47,671 bases of DNA, taken from NCBI GenBank assembly GCA_030751095.1, contig JASMGX010000004.1, positions 1-47,671 of the forward strand. Direction: 5' to 3'. Positions within the stretch are counted from its first letter, which is position 1. Every line of letters starts with the position of its first letter. A model generated the notes under the pieces. The model worked only from the letters and a program-made list of their open reading frames with translations, made no database searches and was not told the DNA's origin. A program made the position numbers and the translations under genes. The DNA comes from Pirellulales bacterium (GTDB lineage: Bacteria > Planctomycetota > Planctomycetia > Pirellulales > UBA7805). This document shows positions 8,308 through 18,343 of the stretch, piece by piece.

Positions 8308-8780
8308 TCCAGCCCTTCGTCTTCCAGGCATCGTCCGAAGCAGATACCGCACAACTCGGGGCGGCGCTGGCTGCCGCTTTGCCCGCGCAGAGTATTATTG
8401 GACTCAGTGGAACACTCGGTTCGGGAAAGACGCGGCTCGTGCAGGCGATCGCCTCGGCCTGCGGGATCGATGTCCAGAGTGTCGTCAGCCCCACTTATGT
8501 GATCGTCCACGAGTACCACGCGGCAACATCGATCTTCCACTTCGATCTGTACCGCCTTGCGGACGAGGATGAATATTTCGAACTCGGGCCAGAAGAATAT
8601 TTTGAACGACCCGGCTTTAGCCTCCTGGAATGGTCCGATCGCTTTGAGCACTGCCTGCCACCGGACCGTCTTGATATCGCGATTGCCATTACCGACGAGC
8701 AGCAGCGATGCTTTCAGATTACAGCTCATTCGGAGACATACGCCCCTACGCTGGATTATCTGCGCAAGCAATTTCCATAA
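8304..8780 (+). CDS. tsaE: tRNA t6A37 biosynthesis ATPase TsaE (YjeE family)
   Basis: The P-loop is GLSGTLGSGKTRLVQAI, followed by VVSPTYVIVHEY and HFDLYRL. The GTG start overlaps the thiL stop (GTGA). Confidence 0.88.
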   Translation: MIQPFVFQASSEADTAQLGAALAAALPAQSIIGLSGTLGSGKTRLVQAIASACGIDVQSVVSPTYVIVHEYHAATSIFHFDLYRLADEDEYFELGPEEYFERPGFSLLEWSDRFEHCLPPDRLDIAIAITDEQQRCFQITAHSETYAPTLDYLRKQFP

Positions 8781-8795
8781 ATGGGGCGAGACTCG

Positions 8796-9944
8796 TCAGG
8801 CTGCCTGAGCGGGCAACTCTGAGCTGATGAGTTTTCCAATCGCCTTGGCGACATCTTGTGCCGCGTGCGGATATGCCAGTTGCGACATGCTCTTTGACAT
8901 CGATTGGCGCAACTTGACGTCATTTAAGATCGGCAGCAACCGTGCCCCGAGCTCATCATCCAGCCGGCCAGAGAGACTTGCCGCATCGATCGTGACGGCA
9001 GCCCCCGCACTGGTGAAACATCTGGCATTGATTCGCTGGTGGTCTCCGCTACTGTCTGACGCAGGGAGCAAGACAGCTGGAACTCCGCAAAATGCCAACT
9101 CTGCGAGCGTGGTGCCACCGGCATGACAAACCACCAAATCGGTCTCACGCAACATCCGTGGAAGATCATCTACAAACGGAACCACATCCGCGCGAATGGC
9201 GAATTTCTTATAGAGGTTGGCCGTCTCGGCAATATCGTACACTCCCACCTGATGGACAATTTGCCAATGTTCCAGAGAACGGCTTACTTTGTACAGTGCG
9301 CGAGGAACCCATTTGTTCAGTTCCTCCACACCCAATCCACCTCCGGTAATCAGCAACCTTGGCGGCCTCGCATTCTGGTCTTTCCGGTGTGTTATGTGCG
9401 TCCGGACTGGATTGCCGGTAACTTGAACACTGGCATTGGTCCGAAGTCGCTCACGCGCTGCCGCAAAAGAGACACAAATCAGTTCCGCCGAACGAGAGAG
9501 CTTCCGCGTCGCACGGCCCGGCACCGTATTTTGATCCATCAGCGCGACATGGACCCCGGCCTGCACCGCCGCCCGAAAAAGAGGCAGACTAAAACTACCT
9601 CCCAGACCGACAACCGCCGACACATTCTCCTTAGCGACAAATTCAGAAGCCCGGTGGATATTGCGATACTGATTTTTCCAATAATCCCACACGCCAAATA
9701 ACGACTTCGTCCGGGGCCGAAAGGGGAAACCGTGGTAGTTGAACCCGGCAGAAAAAACATGTTCTCGTTCGAACCGCGTACCACTACCACAAAACGATAT
9801 CGTCAAATCCGGAAACTCCCTGCGAAGCTGCTCGGCGGCAGCTAATCCCGGAAACAGACGCCCCGCAGTATCTCCTCCGGTAAAGGTGACATGTCCGTTC
9901 GAGTTTGTATTGTTAAAAAATCGGTGTTTGTTACTCAGCGCCAT
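8796..9944 (-). CDS. murG: MurG-like glycosyltransferase (GT28; lipid II synthesis)
   Basis: The N-terminal G-loop region is FTGGDTAGRLFPGLAAAEQL. The C-terminal region reads ITGGGLGVEELN...VVCHAGGTTLAELAFCGVPAVLLP. Confidence 0.85.
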   Translation of the reverse strand: MALSNKHRFFNNTNSNGHVTFTGGDTAGRLFPGLAAAEQLRREFPDLTISFCGSGTRFEREHVFSAGFNYHGFPFRPRTKSLFGVWDYWKNQYRNIHRASEFVAKENVSAVVGLGGSFSLPLFRAAVQAGVHVALMDQNTVPGRATRKLSRSAELICVSFAAARERLRTNASVQVTGNPVRTHITHRKDQNARPPRLLITGGGLGVEELNKWVPRALYKVSRSLEHWQIVHQVGVYDIAETANLYKKFAIRADVVPFVDDLPRMLRETDLVVCHAGGTTLAELAFCGVPAVLLPASDSSGDHQRINARCFTSAGAAVTIDAASLSGRLDDELGARLLPILNDVKLRQSMSKSMSQLAYPHAAQDVAKAIGKLISSELPAQAA

Positions 9945-10090
9945 GATTCAGATCCACTCGTATGCGTTCGACTTGTTCTGGCCCACGCCTATCCGGCGAT
10001 TTTTCTCGACTTCGGAAAGTCCATACCAGCTAACATTTTAAAAAGACGTGTAGCCACCCCGGCAGCAGCTACACGCCATGTTCCCTGAGA

Positions 10091-10120
10091 GACTGGGGCG
10101 ACTGATACGTCGCCCCAGTC
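10091..10120. other. Perfect inverted repeat (12-bp GC-rich stem, 6-nt loop)
   Basis: The sequence is GACTGGGGCGAC tgatac GTCGCCCCAGTC. It lies in the 566-bp gap between murE and murG. Neither strand has a flanking U-tract. Confidence 0.85.
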
Positions 10121-10511
10121 CTCAGTCTCAAGTTCCATCGTGAAGCAACCATCAGTCCGGTTGACCCAGTAACCGCGATGACTGACGGAATGTTGGCTCC
10201 TACCCAGGAGGAAGGGCAGCGTTCAGGCCCCGCAACCTTCACGCAATCGATGGAACTTCCATTGATTTTCCGGATCTACACGACCCGTTGTTTCTCGCGA
10301 CATGCGATAGGGAGGCTCAAGTACCAAATTCCCGATCTGATGCCAAGACCGTTTTTGCTGCGGCCCGCTCGGGACAAGAAAACCTGTATCGATTCCGGGA
10401 GGCGGAAAAATCGAGCCTGCGCCTGCTGTCGCTGACAGCGAAACGATAGCAGGGACAAGGCAACGGCAAACGACCCAAAAGATGATTGTCGTCCGAGCGA
10501 GGAGACCCTAC

Positions 10512-12026
10512 TTAAGCGACCCGCTGGCCTTCATCGGCCCCCCAACCCAAAGATGCCCCGCGAAGGCAGTTGCGGGCAACCTCGCGATCATCGAAAGGGA
10601 GCCTGCGCTTGCCGATAATCTGCCATGATTCGTGCCCTCTGCCGGCGATCAGGACACAATCTCCATCGCTTGCCGAGGCAATCGCATTTTCGATTGCACT
10701 TGCCCGGTCGAGTTCTACAATCACATCGAGGGCAGATTGCATGCCTCGAAGGATTCCCTCTGCAATCCGAGTTGGATTCTCATTCCGAGGATTATTGTCG
10801 GTAATGATTGAGGCATCGGCGTACTTCGCAACGACCTCACCCAAGAGTGGCCGCAATTTCCGTTGCCGATTTCCAGCAGCACCGAAAACGCAGATCAAAC
10901 GGCCACTCGTCAGATCGCGAAGCGTCCGCAAACTCGTTTCCAGCGCATCGGGCGTTTGGGCGTTATCGACAAACACCTGGAACGACTGGCCACATTCAAT
11001 CCGCTGCAACCGCCCGGGAATGTGATCCACTTTCTCCAAAGCACGTACGACCGTCGGCAAATCGACTCCATATGCCAGACCGACCGCGGCGGCCGTGAGG
11101 CAATTGTAGATGTGACCGTCACCCACGATATGAGTTCGGACCGGAATGGCATCGCTGCCCCACTGCAATAAGAACGTTTGCTCGCTGGGAAACCTTTCCA
11201 GGAGCATCCCTGAGACTGTGGCCGGTTGCTGCATGCCAACCGTCAGGACAGGATTCGGGAGTTGGTCCTGGTATTCTGAACACCTCTCATCATCAGCATT
11301 GAGAATCACCAGACCCTCTGGCCTCAATTGGTCGAACATTTGTGCCGTTGTCTTTGAATAACTCTCCAGCGTATTGTGGCAATCACCTCGATCGTGCTGC
11401 ACATTCGTCACACAGGCGACATCCAACTCCACACTCTCGGTGCGCCGCTTGGCAATCGCCCGGCTAGGCATTTCGACGACAGCATGCGTACACCCGCCAG
11501 CCCGCATTCTTGCCAGATAATCGGCAATGACTGCCGCGCCTGGTGTCGAGAGGGGAGGGGGAGTGGTACGCTGCCCATCGCAACAACCGAGAGAGTTCAG
11601 TACGCCACTGTCGAAACCGGCAGTTTTGATAATCGACTGAATCAGACACGTGGTTGTTGTCTTACCGCTGGTTCCGGTCACACCAATCACATTGAGCCGA
11701 CGACTCGGAAAACCGGCCAGGGCATGACACATTTCCGCATAGGCAACTCGCGAATCAGGCACGATGTAAAGAGGCACCCCGAGAGATGGAATGAGTCGTT
11801 CGGCGATGATTGCCACAACACCCTGGCCGATCGCTTCATCAATAAAGTCGTGGCCGTCGCGCCAGTCTCCCACCACGGCAACAAAAACATCTCCCGATCG
11901 ACAAGCCCGTGAATCGGACGTACAGGATGAAAACCAGACTTCTTCAGTCGTTCCATGCATCCGCCCATGGGGAACAATCTCCGAAAGGGGCAGACCACTG
12001 ACTTTTAATACACCATTACCATTCAT
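10512..12026 (-). CDS. murE: UDP-N-acetylmuramoyl-L-alanyl-D-glutamate--2,6-diaminopimelate ligase
   Basis: The Mur ligase P-loop is [17 protein letters not shown]. The DNNPRNENP (DNPR) motif is typical of meso-DAP-adding MurE. Confidence 0.93.
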   Translation of the reverse strand: MNGNGVLKVSGLPLSEIVPHGRMHGTTEEVWFSSCTSDSRACRSGDVFVAVVGDWRDGHDFIDEAIGQGVVAIIAERLIPSLGVPLYIVPDSRVAYAEMCHALAGFPSRRLNVIGVTGTSGKTTTTCLIQSIIKTAGFDSGVLNSLGCCDGQRTTPPPLSTPGAAVIADYLARMRAGGCTHAVVEMPSRAIAKRRTESVELDVACVTNVQHDRGDCHNTLESYSKTTAQMFDQLRPEGLVILNADDERCSEYQDQLPNPVLTVGMQQPATVSGMLLERFPSEQTFLLQWGSDAIPVRTHIVGDGHIYNCLTAAAVGLAYGVDLPTVVRALEKVDHIPGRLQRIECGQSFQVFVDNAQTPDALETSLRTLRDLTSGRLICVFGAAGNRQRKLRPLLGEVVAKYADASIITDNNPRNENPTRIAEGILRGMQSALDVIVELDRASAIENAIASASDGDCVLIAGRGHESWQIIGKRRLPFDDREVARNCLRGASLGWGADEGQRVA

Positions 12027-12287
12027 TGCAGGCCTCCTTGCCTACGCGGTAAGGCCATCGAGCCACGACGGCGAAAACCACTTTGTCGGTTCCGACAAAC
12101 TGCCTTGTTTGTCGCATCGTAGACGACGCACACAACCTGCGGACCGAACCCTGACTTTCTTTGCGGGGCAAGGTTTTTGCAGATCCTCATTGGCCACGAC
12201 AGCCTACGATCGGAAAATATTCTTCTATGCGAGGCCAAATGTCAAGTTGATCTGGACAAGCCTCGTGGATTAGAGAAAGATTGAGAT

Positions 12288-13007
12288 ATGGGACACATCG
12301 ATTTTGACATCGAATCGCTCGCGGCCTACCTCCACCTGCTTCCGCAAAAGGTGACCCGCCTGGCAGAACGAGGCAAACTGCCCGGGCGGAAAATCTCGGG
12401 ACGTTGGCGATTTTCTCGTGAAGAAATACACCATTGGCTGGAAAAACGGATCGGGGAGGCCGATAGCAATGAAGACCTTGCCAAGATGGAAGGGGTTTTG
12501 GATCGCAATGCGGGGCCCGAACCTGCCACATTGACAATGACCGAGTTGCTCTCGTTAGAAACAATCAGTATTCCGCTACTGGCAAAAACGCGTGAATCTG
12601 TGATCCACACGATGTCCCTGCTGGCAGTGAAGTCGGGTGCTCTCTGGGATTCTGAAGCGCTTGCAGACGCATTACGAAAACGGGAAGAGATGCATCCAAC
12701 GGCATTAAATTGTGGTGTTGCTCTGCTCCATCCACGTCGGCCGATGCCTCACCTTCTGGACAAACCATTCCTTGCCCTCGGCTGCACCAGACAGGGAATC
12801 CCTTTTGGTGGTCAGGGAAGCGGTCTTACGGACATCTTTTTTCTTATCTGCTCAACCACCGATCAAGGACATCTTCAGACACTCGCACGCATCAGTCGCT
12901 TGATCAATGATATCGAAGTCCTACGTACACTCCGCGCGGCGGAAACTGCCGACGAGGCCTTCGATGCGCTCGTAGAACGAGAAAATGAATTAGGGATGGC
13001 ACCGTGA
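12288..13007 (+). CDS. Fusion of an excisionase-type HTH with a PTS EIIA type-2 (PtsN-like) domain
   Basis: The N-terminus LAAYLHLLPQKVTRLAERGKLPGRKISGRWRFSREEIHHWLE looks like an HTH. The C-terminal domain carries GVALLHPRRP (EIIA-2 His context) and ...DIFFLICST...HLQTLARISRL. Confidence 0.8.
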   Translation: MGHIDFDIESLAAYLHLLPQKVTRLAERGKLPGRKISGRWRFSREEIHHWLEKRIGEADSNEDLAKMEGVLDRNAGPEPATLTMTELLSLETISIPLLAKTRESVIHTMSLLAVKSGALWDSEALADALRKREEMHPTALNCGVALLHPRRPMPHLLDKPFLALGCTRQGIPFGGQGSGLTDIFFLICSTTDQGHLQTLARISRLINDIEVLRTLRAAETADEAFDALVERENELGMAP

Positions 13008-13867
13008 AACACAATTCCGCTCCAGATCCCGCGCACAAGGGACATCCACCCCGCGCACTGTTGATCGGTGATTTTACACTTCCGGAGTTTCAACCGGTTG
13101 CCGACCAACTTGCCCGCATGGCAGAGACAGAAGTCGTCGCGGATTGTTATGCGGCACACGATTGTTTGCGACTCGGTGGCCCCTCACCGGAACTGATAGT
13201 TGTTGCCCATCTGTGGCCCGGGCAACACCCGCATCAGGCACTGGACCAGCTCCAAAAATCGGCACCTCTGACCAGAATCCTTGCCCTGGCAGGCAGCTGG
13301 TGTGAGGGGGAACCACGGACCGGGACACCCTGGCCGGGGATGATACGAACCTATTGGCACAACTGGCTGGCTCACTGGAAACGCGATTTTAAAAGATTTT
13401 CTAGCGCGCAATTGCCCAGCTGGGGTCTGCCGATGACCACAACCGAGGATGAGCGGATTTTGTTTTATCGCGAGGAGACAGAATCCTCACAAAAATTGAT
13501 TGCGGTTCGTAGCGGATGCCCCGATCTGGCAGATATGCTCTGCTCGGCCTGCCGCAGGTGGGGTTTTGGGACGGTCTGGCTCGATCCGAGACATCCGCCC
13601 CGAATCGAAGGACCGGCTGCCATTCTCTGGGAGGGAAATTCAGCCGGGCTGCACGATTTGCATACCATTCGTGAGTTCTACCCACAAACCCCCATTCTTG
13701 CGCTGATTGATTTTCCCAGATGGGAAGATACCCGGCAGGTTGCACTTTTAGGTTCCGCAGCCGTACTCTCCAAACCGTTGAACCTGGACGACCTCTTCAG
13801 TCGCCTGGCGGACCTACTTCACAAGAGTACAGATGCACAGAACCATTGGACGCGCAGCATCGCGTGA
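13004..13867 (+). CDS. Hypothetical protein with two receiver-like (CheY-fold-like) halves lacking a canonical phospho-acceptor context
   Basis: The GTG start overlaps the upstream stop (GTGA). The C-terminal half reads AAILWEGNSAG...TPILALIDFP...LGSAAVLSKPLNLDDLFSRL, which resembles the receiver beta3-alpha5 layout (KP motif present). The family call is tentative. Confidence 0.6.
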   Translation: MKHNSAPDPAHKGHPPRALLIGDFTLPEFQPVADQLARMAETEVVADCYAAHDCLRLGGPSPELIVVAHLWPGQHPHQALDQLQKSAPLTRILALAGSWCEGEPRTGTPWPGMIRTYWHNWLAHWKRDFKRFSSAQLPSWGLPMTTTEDERILFYREETESSQKLIAVRSGCPDLADMLCSACRRWGFGTVWLDPRHPPRIEGPAAILWEGNSAGLHDLHTIREFYPQTPILALIDFPRWEDTRQVALLGSAAVLSKPLNLDDLFSRLADLLHKSTDAQNHWTRSIA

Positions 13868-13941
13868 AGGGTGATCCGACTCGTTCTCCGAACGGTTTTT
13901 GAGTACCATGAGCTACGGTTCCCGTCAGATCTGAGACCCTT

Positions 13942-15354
13942 TTGGACATTCTACCTTTGGCTGACGTTTTCTCCTCCGACCGGCAGCGTGGTGAATGCAA
14001 GGGAACCTACGCCTTCATGAGCCTGGGGTGTCCGAAAAATCTGGTCGATAGCGAACGGATGCTGGGCCTGCTCCAACTTGACGGCTACCAGCTCGTCTCC
14101 GAGGCGGATGGTGCAGATTTCGCCATCGTCAATACCTGTGGCTTTATTGAAAGTGCGCGGGAGGAATCATTCGGCGTGATCGAAGAAATGCTCAAACTGA
14201 AACAGGCCGGACGCATTCGTGGCCTGATTGTCTCCGGCTGTCTTGCGGAACGGGAAAAAGAGGCGCTCCGAAAGGCCCAGCCCGAAATCGATCATATCGT
14301 GGGGGTCTTTGCTCGAGACGAAGTAACCCAACTTGCAGATCGGCTTATCGGCACTCTCAAAGAGCAGCAATCCGTATTCCATCCTGCACCCGCTCGACCG
14401 CTGAGCGATATGGGACGCCTTCGCATCACCCCCCCTCATTTGGCCTACCTGAAAATCTCCGAGGGGTGCGATCGGCTCTGTACGTTCTGCACGATTCCCA
14501 AGCTGCGGGGCAAACATGCCAGCAAACCGATCGACGAGATCGTCCGCGAGGCAGAAGCATTGGTCGCCGACGGGGTCCGGGAGCTTAATCTGGTTGCCCA
14601 GGACACAACGTACTACGGACAGGACCTTTACGGTGAATCACGACTCACCGAGTTACTCGAGCAGTTGGAAAAAATCGATCATCTTCAATGGATTCGACTC
14701 CTCTATCTCTACCCGATGTATTTTGACAACGCATTGATCGACATGATTGCAGCGAGCGACCGCATCGTTCCTTACCTCGACATCCCGCTACAGCACATCA
14801 ATGATACCGTGCTCAAACGGATGCAACGCCGCGTGAGCCGTAGCGACACCGAGGCGCTTTTAGGTAAAATCCGTAAGCAGATAGACAATGTCGTGATCCG
14901 CACCACGTTTATCACCGGATTTCCCGGAGAGACGGACGAGCAATGTATGGAACTAGTCGATTTTGTTACCGAGCAGCGGTTTGAACGACTCGGTGTTTTT
15001 ACCTATTCGCGCGAAGAGGAGACGCCCGCTGCCCGACTCGATGGTCATGTTCCCGAGGACGTCAAAGAGGCGAGGCGCAGTCGGCTTATGGAATGCCAAC
15101 AGACAATCGCTTTCCAGTACAATGCGGCACAGGTAGGCAGACAACTCGATGTACTCATCGACCGTCCGCACCCGGAAGAACCCGGGGTCTGGCTCGGACG
15201 AACCTATGCCGACGCACCAGATATCGATGGACTTGTGTTTGTTACTGCGGAGGACCTTTCGCCGGGAGAATTAGTGGCGTGCGAAATAGTGGCGACACAG
15301 GAATATGACCTGATTGCCGTGCCCAGCGAGGCAACCCTTACTCAAAAACGATAA
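13942..15354 (+). CDS. rimO: Ribosomal protein S12 methylthiotransferase
   Basis: The MTTase N-domain cysteines are present (SLGCPKN, NTCGFI, SGCL). The radical-SAM motif is CDRLCTFC, and a C-terminal TRAM-like segment follows. The start is uncertain (TTG 13942; the ATG at 14017 would remove conserved N-terminal residues). Confidence 0.9.
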   Translation: MDILPLADVFSSDRQRGECKGTYAFMSLGCPKNLVDSERMLGLLQLDGYQLVSEADGADFAIVNTCGFIESAREESFGVIEEMLKLKQAGRIRGLIVSGCLAEREKEALRKAQPEIDHIVGVFARDEVTQLADRLIGTLKEQQSVFHPAPARPLSDMGRLRITPPHLAYLKISEGCDRLCTFCTIPKLRGKHASKPIDEIVREAEALVADGVRELNLVAQDTTYYGQDLYGESRLTELLEQLEKIDHLQWIRLLYLYPMYFDNALIDMIAASDRIVPYLDIPLQHINDTVLKRMQRRVSRSDTEALLGKIRKQIDNVVIRTTFITGFPGETDEQCMELVDFVTEQRFERLGVFTYSREEETPAARLDGHVPEDVKEARRSRLMECQQTIAFQYNAAQVGRQLDVLIDRPHPEEPGVWLGRTYADAPDIDGLVFVTAEDLSPGELVACEIVATQEYDLIAVPSEATLTQKR

Positions 15355-15358
15355 ACAG

Positions 15359-15967
15359 ATGAACGAAACATCATCCGCCCCATCACCGCTCAACTTCCCC
15401 AATCTTCTCACTTCGTTAAGATTGATTCTGGCCATTGCTTTGTTCATCGTCGTCGGTATTGCCCAGGCAGAAAGTACTTCCGAGCAGAACAAGTCTCAAC
15501 TCTACTGGGCCGCACTCATTACCTTTGTTGTGGCGGCGAGCACTGATTGGATCGATGGATTTTGGGCACGGCGTTACGGACAGGTGACCGTACTGGGCAG
15601 AATTTTTGATCCCTTCGTCGATAAGGTGATTATTTGTGGAACGTTTATTTTTCTCGTTGCCAGTCCGGGGTCGCAGGTTACCGCCTGGATGGCTGTTGTG
15701 GTCACCGGTCGGGAGATGCTCGTTACCGTACTGCGAAGTTTCTTCGAGCAGCAGGGGACCGACTTTTCTGCAAAAATGGCGGGCAAACTGAAGATGGTTC
15801 TGCAGTGTCTGGCGGTCGTTGCGAGCCTCTACCTGCTGACATTCGGGGGCAACGAACCTTCGTGGCTGACACCGACGGTCGTGACCATCCTCTGGGCGGC
15901 CATCCTGCTAACGCTCTATTCCGGAGGTGAATATCTCGTGGTGGCCGCACGCCTGATGCGTCAATGA
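15359..15967 (+). CDS. pgsA: CDP-diacylglycerol--glycerol-3-phosphate 3-phosphatidyltransferase
   Basis: The CDP-alcohol phosphatidyltransferase motif is DWIDGFWARRYGQVTVLGRIFDPFVDKV. The ATG lies 4 nt after the rimO stop. Confidence 0.88.
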   Translation: MNETSSAPSPLNFPNLLTSLRLILAIALFIVVGIAQAESTSEQNKSQLYWAALITFVVAASTDWIDGFWARRYGQVTVLGRIFDPFVDKVIICGTFIFLVASPGSQVTAWMAVVVTGREMLVTVLRSFFEQQGTDFSAKMAGKLKMVLQCLAVVASLYLLTFGGNEPSWLTPTVVTILWAAILLTLYSGGEYLVVAARLMRQ

Positions 15968-16043
15968 ATCTTTCACTACTGCCCGTCGCGATCGAGTCGC
16001 CCTTCGGAGTCCAAACCCAAATTCCAGTTCAGCGTACTGTTTT

Positions 16044-16994
16044 ATGTCCACAATCCAATTGTTTATGGTGGGTGCCTTAGCGACACTCCTCGGTTCAAGC
16101 GCTATCATCTGGCTCGGTCTTCTTGCCAGATATCGCTGTAATACCGAACTGCTCCGCACGGAACCACGATCGCTTGTACCGTGGCGAGGAACCCATGTCG
16201 CTGTTGCATTTTTTCTGTACGTCGTTTTGCCCGTGATAGCAGTCGTCATCGTCCAACAGCGATTCGATATTCCTTGGGAGGAAGACGGGTTTGACAATAA
16301 TCCCAGCGTGGTTGCCTGGATTCTCGGAGGCGACAGCCTGCTAAAATTTGTTGCCGCCGCGCTGACAATCACTTTTTTGCGTATTGATCTCAAGGCAACG
16401 TTATCTGATCTTGGCTTCCGTGCAAACCGGATCAAGAGCGACTTGGTTTGCGGACTGATCGCCTTTGCTGCCATCGCACCGGTGGTCTACCTGATTCAGT
16501 TTGTCTTAAAAACCGTCTACAACAAACTGGTAGAGGAGGAGGCGGCACATCCAATCGAAACGTTCATTCGCAACAATCCAACTCCGTCCATTATTTTCTG
16601 GTGTTTTTTTTCTGTCGTTATCGTGGCACCGTTTGTGGAGGAATTTTTATTTCGTGTGGTGCTGCAAGGCTGGCTCGAAAAGGCATATTATCGGACCCGG
16701 GTGCTGCTCACCACACAGCTTTCGCAACAGGAGCCCCGTCCAGGAACCGTGATCGCCGCCGAGGTTCCGCCACCCTTCATGTGGCAACCGATCATCATCA
16801 GTTCGCTGACATTCTCACTTTTGCATTTGGGTCATGGTCCCGATCCAATTCCTCTTTTCGTACTCGCTTTAGTCCTGGGATATCTCTATGCGAAGACACA
16901 TCGGATCCTGCCCTGTATCGTCGTTCATATGGCCTTAAATGGGTTCAGCATGCTCTCCATCCTGATCGGAATGAGCGAGGGGGCGGGACTTTAA
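16044..16994 (+). CDS. CPBP-family intramembrane glutamic endopeptidase (CAAX protease-like)
   Basis: The motifs VEEFLFR (EExxxR), FSLLH (FxxxH) and HMALN (HxxxN) occur in a multi-TM protein. Confidence 0.85.
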   Translation: MSTIQLFMVGALATLLGSSAIIWLGLLARYRCNTELLRTEPRSLVPWRGTHVAVAFFLYVVLPVIAVVIVQQRFDIPWEEDGFDNNPSVVAWILGGDSLLKFVAAALTITFLRIDLKATLSDLGFRANRIKSDLVCGLIAFAAIAPVVYLIQFVLKTVYNKLVEEEAAHPIETFIRNNPTPSIIFWCFFSVVIVAPFVEEFLFRVVLQGWLEKAYYRTRVLLTTQLSQQEPRPGTVIAAEVPPPFMWQPIIISSLTFSLLHLGHGPDPIPLFVLALVLGYLYAKTHRILPCIVVHMALNGFSMLSILIGMSEGAGL

Positions 16995-17118
16995 TCATCC
17001 CCCGCCAAAGGCGAGCAGCAGAGAGACGCACCCCTAGGCGATACAACCCGCTGAACTATAATCGCGACACGTTCCCGAAGTTTTGCTTCGACACCTTTAC
17101 CCCAAAGGAATCTGACCG

Positions 17119-18198
17119 ATGGCCTACGGCTTTGGAATCGTTGGTTGCGGCATGATCGCTAATTTTCATGCCCGTGCGATCGAGGACCTTCGCGGCGCAA
17201 AACTGATCGCCTGCTACGATCGTTTCTCGAGTGCTGCCGACCGCCTCGCTAAAACCACCGGCTGCCGGGCCTACCATACACTCGACGATTTGCTCGCAGA
17301 CGAACGAATCGACATTGTTACCATTGGCACCCCGAGTGGTGCACATATGGAACCGGCCGTGGCTGCCGCTAACGCCGGAAAGCATGTGGTCGTAGAAAAG
17401 CCCCTGGAAATCACCCTCGCACGATGCGACAGCATCATCAACGCCTGTAAGGCGAACCGGGTCAAACTCTCGACTATTTTTCCCTCACGATTCCACTCCG
17501 CAAGCATCGAATTGAAAAGAGCCGTTGATACAAAACGATTCGGGAAATTGACGATGGGAGATGCCTACGTCAAGTGGTACCGGACCCAGCAATATTACGA
17601 CAGTGGAGAGTGGCGGGGAACGTGGGAACTTGATGGTGGTGGAGCACTTATGAACCAAGCCATTCATAGTGTCGATCTTTTGAGCTGGCTGATGGGGCCT
17701 GTGGTAGAAATTCGGGCTCAATCGGCGACACTCGCACACAAACGAATCGCGGTCGAGGACACCGCAGTGGCTACATTAAGATTCAAGTCGGGAGCGCTCG
17801 GCGTCATTGAAGCCACCACCGCAGCCTGGCCGGGCTATCTAAAACGCATTGAAATTCACGGCTCCTTGGGAACGGCAGTTCTGGAAGAAGAAGATCTTAA
17901 AGTTTGGGATTTTTCCAAGAAAGACCGGCGCGACGCTGCCATTATTCGGCACATGCGCGAAACGCATTCCGGTGGAGGGGGAGCCAGCGACCCGACAGCA
18001 ATCGGCCACCATGGTCACGTTTTGCAGTTCCGGGATGTTCTCCGCGCAATCCGTACAAAAGGGCGGCCTGCCATTGATGGCAAAGAAGGGCGAAAGAGTG
18101 TCGAGATCATCCTCGGTATCTATAAGGCCGCTGAGAGCGGCAAAGCGATAGAGCTGCCACTAAAAAAAGACCCGCTTCTGCATGCCCGCAAGAGGTAG
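17119..18198 (+). CDS. Gfo/Idh/MocA-family oxidoreductase
   Basis: The N-terminal Rossmann motif is FGIVGCGMIANFHARAI, followed by an EKPL motif (VVVEKPLEITL) and a C-terminal alpha/beta domain. Confidence 0.9.
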   Translation: MAYGFGIVGCGMIANFHARAIEDLRGAKLIACYDRFSSAADRLAKTTGCRAYHTLDDLLADERIDIVTIGTPSGAHMEPAVAAANAGKHVVVEKPLEITLARCDSIINACKANRVKLSTIFPSRFHSASIELKRAVDTKRFGKLTMGDAYVKWYRTQQYYDSGEWRGTWELDGGGALMNQAIHSVDLLSWLMGPVVEIRAQSATLAHKRIAVEDTAVATLRFKSGALGVIEATTAAWPGYLKRIEIHGSLGTAVLEEEDLKVWDFSKKDRRDAAIIRHMRETHSGGGGASDPTAIGHHGHVLQFRDVLRAIRTKGRPAIDGKEGRKSVEIILGIYKAAESGKAIELPLKKDPLLHARKR

Positions 18199-18343
18199 CC
18201 CACAACTGGCGTACCAAAGAGCGAACACCACTTCTCGGGCGGGCAAATGCCGATTTTCGATCTTTTCACATCGGGCCGTTCGTGCCACAATACGCATCCT
18301 TTGAAGATGTGGCAAATCACGAGGAGCCAGGGATGGCGGATTG

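Noticed and set aside
7935-8771. A 278-aa minus-strand ORF opposite thiL and tsaE.
   Set aside because: It overlaps two genes with clear catalytic motifs on the other strand. It has no motif and no sensible start context.
10178-10435. An 85-aa plus-strand ORF and a 60-aa minus-strand ORF in the murE-murG gap.
   Set aside because: Neither has a motif, an RBS or a plausible composition, and they overlap each other. The start-less signal-like frame is reported separately as a low-confidence observation.
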